Source: an uncultured bacterium
GTDB lineage: Bacteria; JAJVIF01; JAPKYR01
DNA: 64,000 nt
NCBI GenBank assembly: GCA_965369865.1
Contig: CBDURU010000004.1
Location: forward strand, 7,201 to 71,200
Direction of reading: 5' to 3'
Position numbers and translations under genes: made by a program
The notes under the pieces: model-generated
What the model was told of the DNA's origin: nothing
The model's input: only the letters and a program-made list of their open reading frames with translations
Databases searched by the model: none
Part shown: one piece after another, positions 18,635-29,302 of the stretch
Layout of the letters: each line of letters begins with the position of its first letter
How positions within the stretch are numbered: the first letter of the stretch is position 1

Positions 18635-20971
18635 ATGGAACCGGAAACAATAGTAGAAATCACTGAAGTAGCGGCACATGGAGCCGATTTTGTCTCAGAA
18701 CCAATGAACTGGACCTACATGATCATTGTACTGGCCTGCTCTATTCTCGGTCTGGCAATCGCCTTGATGCTCAAGGGCTGGGTCATGAAACAGGACACGG
18801 GCGCCGAGAACATGCGCAAAATTTCTGATTACATTAGAGAGGGCGCGGAGGCGTTCCTGAAGAGGCAGAACACGACGATCATCTGGCTCGCCGTAGTGCT
18901 CACCGCGGTGCTGTTCGTGATGTACGCGTTCGTTCGATCGCCAAGGGAATTTGATCCGGTCCAGGACCCGATAGCGCTCGGACTCGCGATCGCCGGATCA
19001 TTCATTTTCGGCGCGTTATGCTCGGTTTTCGCGGGTTACATCGGCATGTATGTAAGTATCCGCGCGAATATCCGGGTGGCGACCGCCGTGCAAACGAGCC
19101 TTAACAAGGCGCTGCAGATCGCGCTTAGAGGCGGCGCGGTCTCGGGAATATTTGTCGTCGCCGTAAGCCTTCTCGGGGTTGGATTGCTTTTCTCCCTCAT
19201 CGAGCTGGCCGGCATATCCGATTCAGAACACATTCCCTTCCTGATAGTCGGCTATGGGTTCGGCGCGAGTTTCGTCGCGCTGTTCGCCCAGCTTGGCGGC
19301 GGTATCTACACTAAAGCCGCGGATGTCGGCGCGGACCTTGTCGGCAAGGTCGAGGCTGGAATCCCTGAGGACGATCCCAGGAACCCGGCTGTTATCGCCG
19401 ACCTCGTTGGCGACAATGTCGGTGACTGCGCGGGCCGCGGCGCCGACCTTTTCGAGTCGACAGCCGCCGAGAATATCGGCGCGATGATCCTCGGCGCGAC
19501 ACTCGCGATGAACGCAAGCCAGGCGGGATATCCCTTCGTTTATGGAACGATTGGAGTCATGATGTTCCCGTTGATCGCCCGCGCCTTCGGGATCATCGCG
19601 GCAATCGTGGGGATTATAAGTGTCAGCACGCCTGAGGATGGCGATCCGATGGTCGCCCTGAACAAAGGTTATGCATGGGCTGTCGTGCTCGCCATGATAG
19701 CGTTTGGCGGCACAACCTGGTGGCTTCTCAGTGTTGAGGGAGCACCAAATGCATGGTGGCATTTCTTCATATGCGGAATTATCGGCGTTCTGACAAGTGT
19801 GGCTTTCGTGGGGATCACCCAGTATTACACCGAGCATAAATACAGGCCGGTCAAGGAGATCGCGGAAGCATCCACAACCGGTCCGGCAACAAACATCATA
19901 TCCGGAGTCGCGGTCGGCTTCGAATGCACCGCCGTTCCAACAATCGTAATGGGAATCGCGATTCTCGCAAGCTATTACATCGGGCGATTCGCGTTTCCGG
20001 CTGAAGCGCTCGCAAATGGAGTTAACGGCGGACTGTTCGGAACCGGTGTCGCGACAATGGGTATGCTGGCTACAGCGGCCTACATTCTCGCGATGGACAC
20101 ATTCGGACCGATCGCGGACAATGCGGGCGGTATCGTCGAGATGAGCGGACAGCCGGAAGAGGTTCGCAAAAAAACCGACCGGCTCGATGCTGTCGGCAAC
20201 ACGACAAAAGCCCTTACAAAAGGATACGCGATCGGATCGGCCGCTCTCGCGGCGTTCCTCCTGTTCTCCGCTTTCATGGATGAGGTCGGGCTTTACGCAA
20301 AAGAGCAGATTATGCAGGATAACATACCATGGCCGGTCGTCGACCTGAGCAAGCCTGAGGTTTTTGTTGCCGCGCTTCTTGGAGCAATGCTTGTATTCCT
20401 GTTCTCCGCTCTTGCGATACGCGCGGTTGGAACAACAGCAAAGGCGGTCATCGAGGAAGTCCGACGCCAATTCAAAGACCTTCCCCGCGTCAATGACATC
20501 ATCCAGTTCACCAGCGATTTTAAACCTGACTACGGAACCTGCGTCGACCTCGTTACCAGGAATGCTCTCAAGGCAATGATCGCGCCGGGGCTTCTTGCCG
20601 TCTTAATGCCGGTCGCGGTCGGTGTCATCTTCAAAATTTTCATCGGATTGAGAAACGACCCACTTATCGCGGCGGAATCTGTCGCGGCAATGCTGATGGT
20701 CGGCACGATCACAGGAATTCTCATGGCAACCTTCCTCAACAACAGCGGCGGCGCATGGGATAATGCGAAGAAGTTCATCGAGGACGGCGCATTCGGCGGT
20801 AAATACATCAAGGACGCAGACGGCAACGATATCAAGAACCCGACCCATGGCGCGGCGGTTGTCGGCGATACTGTCGGAGACCCGTTCAAAGACACGGCGG
20901 GTCCGAGTATTCACGTTTTGATCAAGTTGCTGGCTACGGTGACGCTTGTACTGGCACCATTGTTTATTTGA
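18635..20971 (+). CDS. hppA: Membrane-bound proton-translocating pyrophosphatase, K+-independent type
   Basis: 778 aa with multiple TM segments. Signature motifs are GDNVGDCAGRGADLFES, DNAGGIVEMSG and GDTVGDPFKDTAGPS. GNTTKA carries Lys rather than Ala, which indicates the K+-independent class. Confidence 0.9.
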   Translation: MEPETIVEITEVAAHGADFVSEPMNWTYMIIVLACSILGLAIALMLKGWVMKQDTGAENMRKISDYIREGAEAFLKRQNTTIIWLAVVLTAVLFVMYAFVRSPREFDPVQDPIALGLAIAGSFIFGALCSVFAGYIGMYVSIRANIRVATAVQTSLNKALQIALRGGAVSGIFVVAVSLLGVGLLFSLIELAGISDSEHIPFLIVGYGFGASFVALFAQLGGGIYTKAADVGADLVGKVEAGIPEDDPRNPAVIADLVGDNVGDCAGRGADLFESTAAENIGAMILGATLAMNASQAGYPFVYGTIGVMMFPLIARAFGIIAAIVGIISVSTPEDGDPMVALNKGYAWAVVLAMIAFGGTTWWLLSVEGAPNAWWHFFICGIIGVLTSVAFVGITQYYTEHKYRPVKEIAEASTTGPATNIISGVAVGFECTAVPTIVMGIAILASYYIGRFAFPAEALANGVNGGLFGTGVATMGMLATAAYILAMDTFGPIADNAGGIVEMSGQPEEVRKKTDRLDAVGNTTKALTKGYAIGSAALAAFLLFSAFMDEVGLYAKEQIMQDNIPWPVVDLSKPEVFVAALLGAMLVFLFSALAIRAVGTTAKAVIEEVRRQFKDLPRVNDIIQFTSDFKPDYGTCVDLVTRNALKAMIAPGLLAVLMPVAVGVIFKIFIGLRNDPLIAAESVAAMLMVGTITGILMATFLNNSGGAWDNAKKFIEDGAFGGKYIKDADGNDIKNPTHGAAVVGDTVGDPFKDTAGPSIHVLIKLLATVTLVLAPLFI

Positions 20972-21043
20972 TTGTTGAAATTTATTATTGGATGCAGGCA
21001 AGTTGTCTGCGTGACGAGAGAATTAGTACGTCAGGATTTTTAA

Positions 21044-21073
21044 AGCCGATATATTGTCGGCTTTTTTGTGTCT
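21044..21073 (+). terminator. Rho-independent terminator downstream of hppA
   Basis: Hairpin AAAGCCGA-TATATTG-TCGGCTTT is followed by TTTTTT. A second similar hairpin (AGCCGACA-TCC-TGTCGGCT) at 21101-21121 lacks a T-run. Confidence 0.6.
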
Positions 21074-21274
21074 GCAATTTTAACTGGAGGAAAAAATAGA
21101 GAGCCGACATCCTGTCGGCTTGAATAAACACGTAGCGCATGCGTCCCGCCTGCCTCCATTAATCAAATAATTTTCCGGTGCACGTTCACCAGGCCACTTG
21201 ATTATAAAACAATCCTGTAGCTTGACATAATTTCATTTCCATCTCTCACCCTACTCATTTATAATGCCAGGGCG

Positions 21275-24200
21275 ATGTCATTAGCTTTTCAGAAGAAAGG
21301 ACTCAAGATCATATTCTCGGGACCGCCCGGTTCCGGGAAGACACGCAAACTAATCGAAATTTTCAATGATGCCCGAATGGAAGGGCGGGAAGATAAGGTC
21401 CTGTTCCTCGTTCCCGATTCCGGCGCGAAAGAACACATCCGCGACATTATCGCCCGTCACAGCCCTACCGATGTTCCCCGGGCATTTTCGGATCGTGGAA
21501 TTCATTCGCTCTATTCCTACACAAGAAGAATTGGCGGCGACACGACGGCAGGGAAAATCCACCTGCACGCCTTGGTCAATAAATGGGTGAATGAAAATAA
21601 AATCAATTCAGTTAAGAATCCTGTATTGAAAACCTCCGGCGGGAGGATAGCTCTTAGAGGCGCGATTTCAACGCTCAGGTCGAACGGATATAATTCGGGG
21701 TCTCTTACCAAACTTCCCAAATCATCTATCGGACAAAATTCAGTGCTTCTTACGGGTCTGAAACTCTGGGAAGAATGGCTTTCGGAAACCGGGAAGTTAG
21801 ATGAGCTGGATATACTTGAAAAGGCGGTTAGGAAAGCGGGTGCAGAGAAGTGGGAAACAGTCCTGATAGATGGATTCACTGAAATCAATCCTCTTCAGTG
21901 GAAGGTGATAGAAAGGCTCATTGAGACAGTTGAAAATGTCGCGGTAGCACTCGATCCGAAACAGATTCCATCGGACAGGCTATTTCAAAATTTTACCCGG
22001 CTTGGATTTGAGGAAGTTAAACTCGATGCCGGTTTACGGTGGAAGAAAAACGATGACCTTCGATGGCTTGCGGATGTCGAATCCTGGGATATTCATTCAA
22101 GTAAACCCGATTCCTGCCCTGAAAATCCCGATAATAACCGGATCAAAATAATCAAGGCGGGGAATCCCAGGATTGAAGCGTCGCAGCTTGCGCGTGAAGT
22201 GACACGGTGTATTGCGGACGGTTATGAATACAGGGATATCGCGATCCTCACACCGTCGCTCGGGACAATCCACCGGGTTCTCAAATCGGAATTTTCACGC
22301 GCCGGGATTCCGATAAGGTTTTACCTGCCGATTCCCCTTACTGAAACAGGCCCGGGGAATTTTGTCGGGCAATTGCTCGAAATAGTTGGTGGAAACTGGG
22401 ATGACAGGGCTGTTTGTTCATTACTGTCGAATCCTGTTTCCGGGATTCCGCATGAAGATTCATCGAGAGCAAATTATGTAACCGGCACGAAAAGGCGTCT
22501 GGGAAGCATGGACGCCTGGCTTGCATGGGCGGATAATAATACTGGGGAATCCACAAGAGAGTTCCTTCATAAACTGGTTGAACTTAGTAACAAAGTGGAA
22601 ATCGATCCAGTTAAATTTACAGGGGAAATAATTCAGGTCGCGGAAGATAAAATCCGCGCAAGCTGGAAAGAATTTCCTGACGATTTGATAAAAGATGAAG
22701 GATGGGCATGGCGTGCGGTTGAATCATGTCTCACGGGATCATCGAGCATGTACCGGGATATTCATCCAGTTTCCTCAAAAGATAAATTATTAGATTTTTT
22801 AAAATCGGAACTCAGACTTGAGAAAGGTAAACCCCTCGATCGAAGAAGCGAGTGTGTTAATGCTGTAACGCTGCTCGGATCCCGAACATGGGGGATTAAG
22901 GTGGCCATGGTGTGCGGTCTTTCGCGAGATAATTTCCCTAAAAAGCCGGTTAAAAACCCATTCCTTCCCGATGAGCTTCGCGAGAATCTTACTCCCCAGC
23001 TTCCATCGTACGATGATTTAAAGAATCGCGAGGAAGCGCTTTTCAGAATCGCGGTGACACGCGCGAGCGATCGGATAGTGCTCTCATGGCCATCGACCGA
23101 TTCATCCGGGTCGCCCAACCTGCCTTCAGGACCCATAGAGAAACTGGTTGAATGGATTCTTAACGGTGAGGAACCCAAGACGATCGAACACGATCCGCCG
23201 GGGGATGTTGATAAATCTGTTTTCGCAAGAGATCTGGCATCGCTCGCACTCGAAAATAAAATCGATGACCCGGAGCTGATTGAATCGGTATCGGCCGATT
23301 TGGGAATTCCGCTTGCTGAAGCGGTTAATTCAGAAAAATATGAATCAGTGACAATAGAAGACAGAGAATTTCTTTCCAACAGCGCAATCGGATCGAAGGG
23401 TAAGCCGGTCTCGCCGACCGATCTGAACCATTTAAGCCAGTGTCCCTACAGGTTTTTTGCAAAACGTGTGCTCAAACTTTCGGATCCGAACCGCGATCGT
23501 GTGCGAAAAGGGTTTGATTTCATGCACTGGGGGAATATCGCGCACGACGCGTTGTCCGAGTGGTTCCGTGGTGGAAAAAAAGATGAGTTCGAACCCTTAG
23601 TAAGGAAGGCATTAAATAAACAGAGGGAACTTACAGGAAACTCGGTGACCGAAGCGCGAATCGGTCAAATTGTCGATGCGCTTAACCGTTTCGCTGAGTT
23701 CGAGAGGGATCACTGGCCGGATGGATTTACGCAAATTGAATCCGAGCTTGTTTTCGATACCCCTGAAAAAAGGGACAGGATACATAAAGGAAAGGGATAT
23801 GATCCGGTCGAATTTGAGATAGATAAGGACGTAACAATTTTCCTGAGTGGACGGGTCGACCGGGTTGATGCCGGTGAGGGAAATATCGCGATTGTTTCCG
23901 ATTACAAGAGATCGGAAAAGAATGACAAGTTTCTCAAGAAGGGTCTGGACTTTCAGCTCGCTTGTTATATCGAATTAGTGAAGGCAGGCCTTGGGGTCGA
24001 TGTCGCTATGGCATGTTACCTCCCCATAAAAAACATTACCGCCAAGGGTGCAGGATCGGTGATTTTCGATCCGGAAACCGATCTCAAGCCGGATGATTCA
24101 ATTTTCAAAACGCGCGATGAACTTTTTTTGGACACACACCTTGGATTAGTAAGGGAGAATATCGCCAATTTAGTCGGGAAACTTGCCGGTGGGAAAATCG

Positions 24201-24301
24201 ATCCGATCCCGACGGACCATAATAAATGCGGGCGAAAATGCGATTATCACGACCTGTGTCGATTCAAATTCTCCGGGGACGAGGGGGATAGCGATGGCTG
24301 A
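21275..24301 (+). CDS. addB: ATP-dependent helicase/nuclease subunit B (AddB/RexB-like)
   Basis: 1008 aa. It has an N-terminal Walker A (GPPGSGKT). The C-terminal PD-(D/E)xK nuclease has a DYK motif (VSDYKRSEK) and a four-Cys iron-staple (C...CGRKCDYHDLC). It overlaps addA by 8 nt. Confidence 0.8.
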   Translation: MSLAFQKKGLKIIFSGPPGSGKTRKLIEIFNDARMEGREDKVLFLVPDSGAKEHIRDIIARHSPTDVPRAFSDRGIHSLYSYTRRIGGDTTAGKIHLHALVNKWVNENKINSVKNPVLKTSGGRIALRGAISTLRSNGYNSGSLTKLPKSSIGQNSVLLTGLKLWEEWLSETGKLDELDILEKAVRKAGAEKWETVLIDGFTEINPLQWKVIERLIETVENVAVALDPKQIPSDRLFQNFTRLGFEEVKLDAGLRWKKNDDLRWLADVESWDIHSSKPDSCPENPDNNRIKIIKAGNPRIEASQLAREVTRCIADGYEYRDIAILTPSLGTIHRVLKSEFSRAGIPIRFYLPIPLTETGPGNFVGQLLEIVGGNWDDRAVCSLLSNPVSGIPHEDSSRANYVTGTKRRLGSMDAWLAWADNNTGESTREFLHKLVELSNKVEIDPVKFTGEIIQVAEDKIRASWKEFPDDLIKDEGWAWRAVESCLTGSSSMYRDIHPVSSKDKLLDFLKSELRLEKGKPLDRRSECVNAVTLLGSRTWGIKVAMVCGLSRDNFPKKPVKNPFLPDELRENLTPQLPSYDDLKNREEALFRIAVTRASDRIVLSWPSTDSSGSPNLPSGPIEKLVEWILNGEEPKTIEHDPPGDVDKSVFARDLASLALENKIDDPELIESVSADLGIPLAEAVNSEKYESVTIEDREFLSNSAIGSKGKPVSPTDLNHLSQCPYRFFAKRVLKLSDPNRDRVRKGFDFMHWGNIAHDALSEWFRGGKKDEFEPLVRKALNKQRELTGNSVTEARIGQIVDALNRFAEFERDHWPDGFTQIESELVFDTPEKRDRIHKGKGYDPVEFEIDKDVTIFLSGRVDRVDAGEGNIAIVSDYKRSEKNDKFLKKGLDFQLACYIELVKAGLGVDVAMACYLPIKNITAKGAGSVIFDPETDLKPDDSIFKTRDELFLDTHLGLVRENIANLVGKLAGGKIDPIPTDHNKCGRKCDYHDLCRFKFSGDEGDSDG

Positions 24302-27300
24302 AAACCTCACCAGAAGCCAGATCGCCGCGACCACTATCCCTGTCGGAATTCTGATTGTCTCAGCCGGAGCGGGGACCGGCAAAACCACGGTTCTCAGCCA
24401 TACAGTTACCGGTAAAATGGTCGCGGCTGATAATGCGAAAATCGATGAACTCCTTGTTTTGACATTCACAAGAAAAGCCGCGGTCGAGATGGCTGAACGT
24501 ATCGCGGAACGGTTGAAGGAAATGGCGGGGGAATCGGAGGATCGAGAGGAAAAGAAGCGGCTCCTTGACGCGGCAAGCCAGGTTCCCGATGCGGCAATCG
24601 AAACACTCGACGCGTTCGCGGTAAAAATGCTTCGTGATAACCCATCCGAAACAGGACTCGATCCGGATTTCGAGGTACTGAGTGAGGAGAGGAATCTCGA
24701 AATCGGGCATGAAGCAGGGCGAAAGCTTCTCGAAGACTGGCTGGCACATCCTCCCCATGAATTGTGGCCGGAGGTTGTGAAGGGGATCGAGCTTGAAAAC
24801 TGGCCGTGGATTTTTCACAGGCTGGACCAGCACCTGATGACCCGTCGGGCGATGAATTTGCCCGCACTGTTAATGGGTCGGGATGCTGGGACAGATGAAG
24901 ATATCGATAAAATTATCCGGGAACTCAAAGAGGAACGAGATCGCAGGTTCCGGGAGTGCCTGAATGAGATTCTTGGAGAAATTGAGCCAATAGATGAATT
25001 AATTGAAGAAACAATCAGGATTGGAGAGGAGGGTGGACAAAAATTTACCGAGAAAGCGAAACAAGTCCAAGAGGTTCTTCCCGAACTCCTGGCATGGTTG
25101 AAGGCTAAAAACCTTGACTGGAATGCGTCGATCATTCAGAAAGTCAGTAAATGGCAGCTTTTTAGGACTTCCAAAGATGAGCCGGGTGAAGCTAACAGAC
25201 TGGTGAAATTACTGAGAAACCACCTGACTTCCGATACGAAATCGGTTAAGGATATCGAGAAAAGTGAGAGATTACGCGCACTGAGCCTTGAAACCGAGAT
25301 GTTTAAATATCGCCTGCCGCTCGCTTCGGCACTAATGGAATTCCACAATGCGGCTCTTCTGGCAAGGCGAAGCCATAATGCCCTTTCATTCGCCGACTGC
25401 GAAATTGAGGCTCTCGATCTCCTTGAGAATTTCCCGGCTATCCGTAATAAATACAACAAACAGTACCGGTACGTAATTGTCGATGAATACCAGGACATAA
25501 ATCCCTTACAGCAGGAACTTATTTTCAAACTCGCGAGGCAATCGAAAGAAAAAACTGAATTACCATCGAACCTTTATGTGGTCGGGGATGAAAGGCAGAG
25601 CATTTATGGTTTCCGCGACGCTGATTTCCGATTACTGAGGAACCTCCGGGTAAATATGCAAGGCGTCAGGGATAAAAACGCCGGGGACAGGATTCTCAAT
25701 GAGAATTTCCGATCCCGTCCCCAGATTCTCAATTTCACGAACCATTTATTCCGTACGATCTGGGGATCGCGGTCCGATACGAATGAAATTGAACATACCG
25801 ACCTGAAACCGTCATTTGAATATTATTTCCGGGATGGAGAATCGGAAAGGCCACGGATCGAATTGCATGTAATCAAGGCGGGAGATTCAATTACGGGGAA
25901 ACTTCGCGAGGCTGCTGTAGTGGCTAAACGAATCTATGAAATAGTAAATAATAAAGAAATTCAAATCACCGAGAAAACCGGATCGGTAAGAAAAATTGAA
26001 TGGGGCGACTGCGCAGTCCTGATGAGTAAACGTGCCGGATTATCGTTGATGGAGCACGCGTTATCATCGCTTGGCGTACCGTTTGTAACCGAGTCCGGAG
26101 GCGGGTTCTGGGACACATCGGAAGCGTCGGACCTCATCTCGCTACTGTACTGCTTCTCAAAAAGTGTCGATAATCTCGACTGGGCAGTTCTTCTAAGGAG
26201 CCCGATAATCGGGATCTCGGATGACGGCCTTATGGAAATATCACTAGTGTCCGACCGTGGAAACTGGCGCGATGTATTCAAAACGGTTTCCCTCGGGGAT
26301 GATTCAAATCGGCGAAAACTTGCTACATTTATTGACTGGTTCGAGTCGGTTGAAAAATCAGCGGGACGAGTTCCTGTTACCGAGCTGGTCGATAAAGCGA
26401 TGCAAAGCTCAGGTTATCTTGAGAAAGCATTCGCGCAGGACCGTGGACGGGTGATCCGCGCAAACATCGAGAAATTTATATCGTTCCTGATGGCGGAACC
26501 GGATTTATTCGATCCAGGAGTCGCGGCGAATTATCTGACATGGCTGCGGGATGAAAATGTCCAGGCCGCGCAGGCAGGCGTGGCGCCGGCCGACAACAAA
26601 GGCGCGGTGGTACTCGCGACAGTACACGCGTCGAAAGGCCGTGAATGGCCGCTGGTTGTTCTAGCGGATTTGAATTCGGGCGGACGCTCCAACAGACCGG
26701 AGAATCTAACATGGGATGAGAATTCCGGCCTGGGATTCAAATGGCTGAATCCCGCGACAGGTGAATCGGAAAGTTCATCGAGTCACCATGCGGCTTCCGA
26801 GGTCGCTAACGAACGGGATAATTCAGAGAGTAAGCGGGTTATGTATGTCGCGTTGACCCGTGCGAGGGAATATTTAATCCTGTCGGGTTACTTACAATTA
26901 AACAAGAAAAAAGATGGGTGGATAGGTTTCAAGGAAAATGATTTTAAGAAGCGAACTAATTCGAGCTGGCTTTCAGCAATAGATTATGTTTTCACTCAAA
27001 CGGAAGAATCGTTTGTTGGAAAACCCGATGACGATCCTGCGACTGAATTAACCCTGATGGTCGCCGAGCCTCAGGATCCGGAATCGGATAAAGGTCCGAT
27101 GCCTCTAGAGAAACGAAATGTGGAACTGAAAGTCAAACGTGTAATTCATGATAAAACACCAGACCTGAAACCGGCTGCAGGGCAAAAAACTGAACTGGGA
27201 GACCGGTACCGAGCGAAGTTAAAATCGATCACAAGGCTTCCGGAACCTGTTACAAATCGTTATCTCATTACCGCGACCGAGATCGCGAATTTCGAAAAAT

Positions 27301-28079
27301 GTCCAAGGATGTACGCGTACAGGTCGGTATGGAATGTCCCGCAAATAAAGCATGATGGATGGATTCCAGCTACCGATGAAGATTTCATTGATGATCCGGG
27401 TGATGAAAATTTCCTGGCAGAAGAAAATGAAACATCCGAAAATTTCGAGCTGCCGTCAAGTGAATGGGGAAATCTAGCGCATAAGCTTATGGAGAAAGTC
27501 GATTTCGATGCTACTGAGGACCGGATCCGGACAACTGTGGAAGGACTTGTTGATGAAAATAACCGCGATCGAGTGAACATATCGCGGTTGGCTGAAATGG
27601 CCGTAAAAACTCTCAAGCTGCCGATTTTTCAATCGTTTGAGTCATTTAAAAAGGAGTATCGTCTGATCGGGAAGATTGGCGATTCAAAAGAAACCGTGCT
27701 GGGGACCCTGGATTTACTTCTGGAGAAAGATGGAAAGCTATTAGTTATCGATTACAAGTCAGGAAAGGTCAAAGAGGATGAAACTCCAGAGAAAGCCCGG
27801 TCATATTCAGCGCAGCTTTCGGTCTACGCTCATCTTGTGTCGGCTTATAAAAACATCCCGCTTGATAAAATCGAAACATGGATAATTTTTCTCCACCTGG
27901 CGAAACCTGAAAAGGTCGATTTATCGGAGGAAGATTATGAGGGGACATTGGAAGTGTTGAAAGATTTAACCGAATCGTCGAGGAAGAATGTATTCAAGGA
28001 AGATCCCAATGAGAGTAATTGCAGATGGTGTGATTACAGGGATATTTGCGGGTCTGCATGGTCGGCATCAAAACAATGA
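24294..28079 (+). CDS. addA: ATP-dependent helicase/nuclease subunit A (AddA, UvrD-like SF1 helicase with a C-terminal RecB-type nuclease)
   Basis: About 1261 aa from the ATG at 24294; the six-frame ORF extends back to 24183. Helicase motifs present are motif I (SAGAGTGKT), Ia (TFTRKAA), VDEYQD and a later YGFRDA. The C-terminus has DYKSGK and CRWCDYRDIC. Confidence 0.85.
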   Translation: MAENLTRSQIAATTIPVGILIVSAGAGTGKTTVLSHTVTGKMVAADNAKIDELLVLTFTRKAAVEMAERIAERLKEMAGESEDREEKKRLLDAASQVPDAAIETLDAFAVKMLRDNPSETGLDPDFEVLSEERNLEIGHEAGRKLLEDWLAHPPHELWPEVVKGIELENWPWIFHRLDQHLMTRRAMNLPALLMGRDAGTDEDIDKIIRELKEERDRRFRECLNEILGEIEPIDELIEETIRIGEEGGQKFTEKAKQVQEVLPELLAWLKAKNLDWNASIIQKVSKWQLFRTSKDEPGEANRLVKLLRNHLTSDTKSVKDIEKSERLRALSLETEMFKYRLPLASALMEFHNAALLARRSHNALSFADCEIEALDLLENFPAIRNKYNKQYRYVIVDEYQDINPLQQELIFKLARQSKEKTELPSNLYVVGDERQSIYGFRDADFRLLRNLRVNMQGVRDKNAGDRILNENFRSRPQILNFTNHLFRTIWGSRSDTNEIEHTDLKPSFEYYFRDGESERPRIELHVIKAGDSITGKLREAAVVAKRIYEIVNNKEIQITEKTGSVRKIEWGDCAVLMSKRAGLSLMEHALSSLGVPFVTESGGGFWDTSEASDLISLLYCFSKSVDNLDWAVLLRSPIIGISDDGLMEISLVSDRGNWRDVFKTVSLGDDSNRRKLATFIDWFESVEKSAGRVPVTELVDKAMQSSGYLEKAFAQDRGRVIRANIEKFISFLMAEPDLFDPGVAANYLTWLRDENVQAAQAGVAPADNKGAVVLATVHASKGREWPLVVLADLNSGGRSNRPENLTWDENSGLGFKWLNPATGESESSSSHHAASEVANERDNSESKRVMYVALTRAREYLILSGYLQLNKKKDGWIGFKENDFKKRTNSSWLSAIDYVFTQTEESFVGKPDDDPATELTLMVAEPQDPESDKGPMPLEKRNVELKVKRVIHDKTPDLKPAAGQKTELGDRYRAKLKSITRLPEPVTNRYLITATEIANFEKCPRMYAYRSVWNVPQIKHDGWIPATDEDFIDDPGDENFLAEENETSENFELPSSEWGNLAHKLMEKVDFDATEDRIRTTVEGLVDENNRDRVNISRLAEMAVKTLKLPIFQSFESFKKEYRLIGKIGDSKETVLGTLDLLLEKDGKLLVIDYKSGKVKEDETPEKARSYSAQLSVYAHLVSAYKNIPLDKIETWIIFLHLAKPEKVDLSEEDYEGTLEVLKDLTESSRKNVFKEDPNESNCRWCDYRDICGSAWSASKQ

Positions 28080-28082
28080 ACG

Positions 28083-29252
28083 TCAGTGATGTTTTAATGC
28101 TGATAACCGATCCCCTACCTCCTCCCAGAATTCATCTATCCCCTCGCCTGTGATCCCCGACACCCTCAGGCCATTCGTTACGGTTCGAATATCAATCGTG
28201 ATCTCCTCGGGGTTCTCGGATGTGCCATCACCAGGCGACTCCTTTTCCGGTGAATAAAGATCACACTTGGAAAATACAAGGATCCTCGGGATTTTTCCAG
28301 CCCCGATTTCTAAGAGCGTCTTTTCCACAACATCGAGTTTCTGTTCCCAGTCAGCTTCGGTGCCGTCAATAACAATCACAAGGAGGTTTGAAAAAACCGC
28401 TTCCTCCAGGGTCGCGCGGAAAGCCGCCACCAATGCTGTCGGCAGACGATCGATAAACCCGACCGTATCGGTCACCAGCAACTCCCTTCCAAGAGCCTGC
28501 GAATATGTTTTTCTTGTCAGGGGATCGAGGGTCGCGAACAGGCGGTTATCGGTATAGGCCTGGGGTTTCCCCGGTCCGGTAAGTTTATTCAGAAGAGTGC
28601 TTTTCCCTGCATTCGTGTAACCGACAAGAGCGATCATCGGAATCCCGGAAGCCTTCCTCCGCTTACGCTGGATCTCCCGGCGGCTGCCGATCCGGTCGAT
28701 CTTTACCCTGAGATTTGAAAGGCGTTTTCTAATCACGCGCCTGTCGGTCTCAAGTTTCGTTTCACCAGGACCCCTCGTACCGATCCCACCGCCAAGCGCC
28801 GAAAGTTCCTGGCCTCCCCTTCCCTTGAGCCTTGGAAGGAGGTAAGTAAGTTGAGCGTGCTCGACCTGTAATTTCCCCTCGCTTGTCTGGGCACGCATGG
28901 CGAAAATCTGGAGGATGACTTCCGTGCGATCGAGAACTTCGCATCCAATCTCGTCCTCAATACTCGCCCGTTGCGATCCGGAAAGGTCCTCATCGACACA
29001 CAAAAGCGTGGCGTTCATACGCCGGATTTCGTTACCCGCGAGACCGAGCAGGTGCGACGAGATCAGCGTACGGCTTTCCGGCTTCATGTTGCTCTGGAAA
29101 ACCTCACCTGTAATTTCCGCACCCATGCTCTCGACCAGTTGGCGCAGCTCATCGAGGGGATCATCGAGTTTCGAAACAGCGTCACGCTTATTTTTTAATG
29201 TAAAACCGACCAGCACCGCTGTCGGGACAAGTTTTTCAGTTTCATGCAGCAT
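28083..29252 (-). CDS. hflX: GTPase HflX
   Basis: 389 aa. It has the HflX N-terminal domain, the G1 motif GYTNAGKSTLLN, DTVGF and a C-terminal domain. It is convergent with addA, 3 nt apart. Confidence 0.85.
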   Translation of the reverse strand: MLHETEKLVPTAVLVGFTLKNKRDAVSKLDDPLDELRQLVESMGAEITGEVFQSNMKPESRTLISSHLLGLAGNEIRRMNATLLCVDEDLSGSQRASIEDEIGCEVLDRTEVILQIFAMRAQTSEGKLQVEHAQLTYLLPRLKGRGGQELSALGGGIGTRGPGETKLETDRRVIRKRLSNLRVKIDRIGSRREIQRKRRKASGIPMIALVGYTNAGKSTLLNKLTGPGKPQAYTDNRLFATLDPLTRKTYSQALGRELLVTDTVGFIDRLPTALVAAFRATLEEAVFSNLLVIVIDGTEADWEQKLDVVEKTLLEIGAGKIPRILVFSKCDLYSPEKESPGDGTSENPEEITIDIRTVTNGLRVSGITGEGIDEFWEEVGDRLSALKHH

Positions 29253-29302
29253 TTAGTTTTATTATTGAGTAATGAAACCCGGGTCATACAAAATCCCAGG
29301 TT

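Noticed and set aside
19223-20470. 415 aa minus-strand ORF inside hppA, and similar long antisense ORFs (22762-23379 in addB, 6199-6822 in the GH57 gene, 50021-50692 in the Asp23-like gene)
   Set aside because: They lie entirely within high-confidence genes on the opposite strand. They have Cys/Arg-rich low-complexity translations typical of antisense frames and no recognisable domains.
20940-20960. Sigma-54 promoter candidate (CTGGCACCATTGTTTAT), noticed because an NtrC-type activator is encoded in the window
   Set aside because: It has a GG at the -24 position but lacks the -12 TTGC element at the correct spacing, and it lies inside the 3' end of hppA. No convincing TGGCAC-N5-TTGCW was found near gene starts on inspection.
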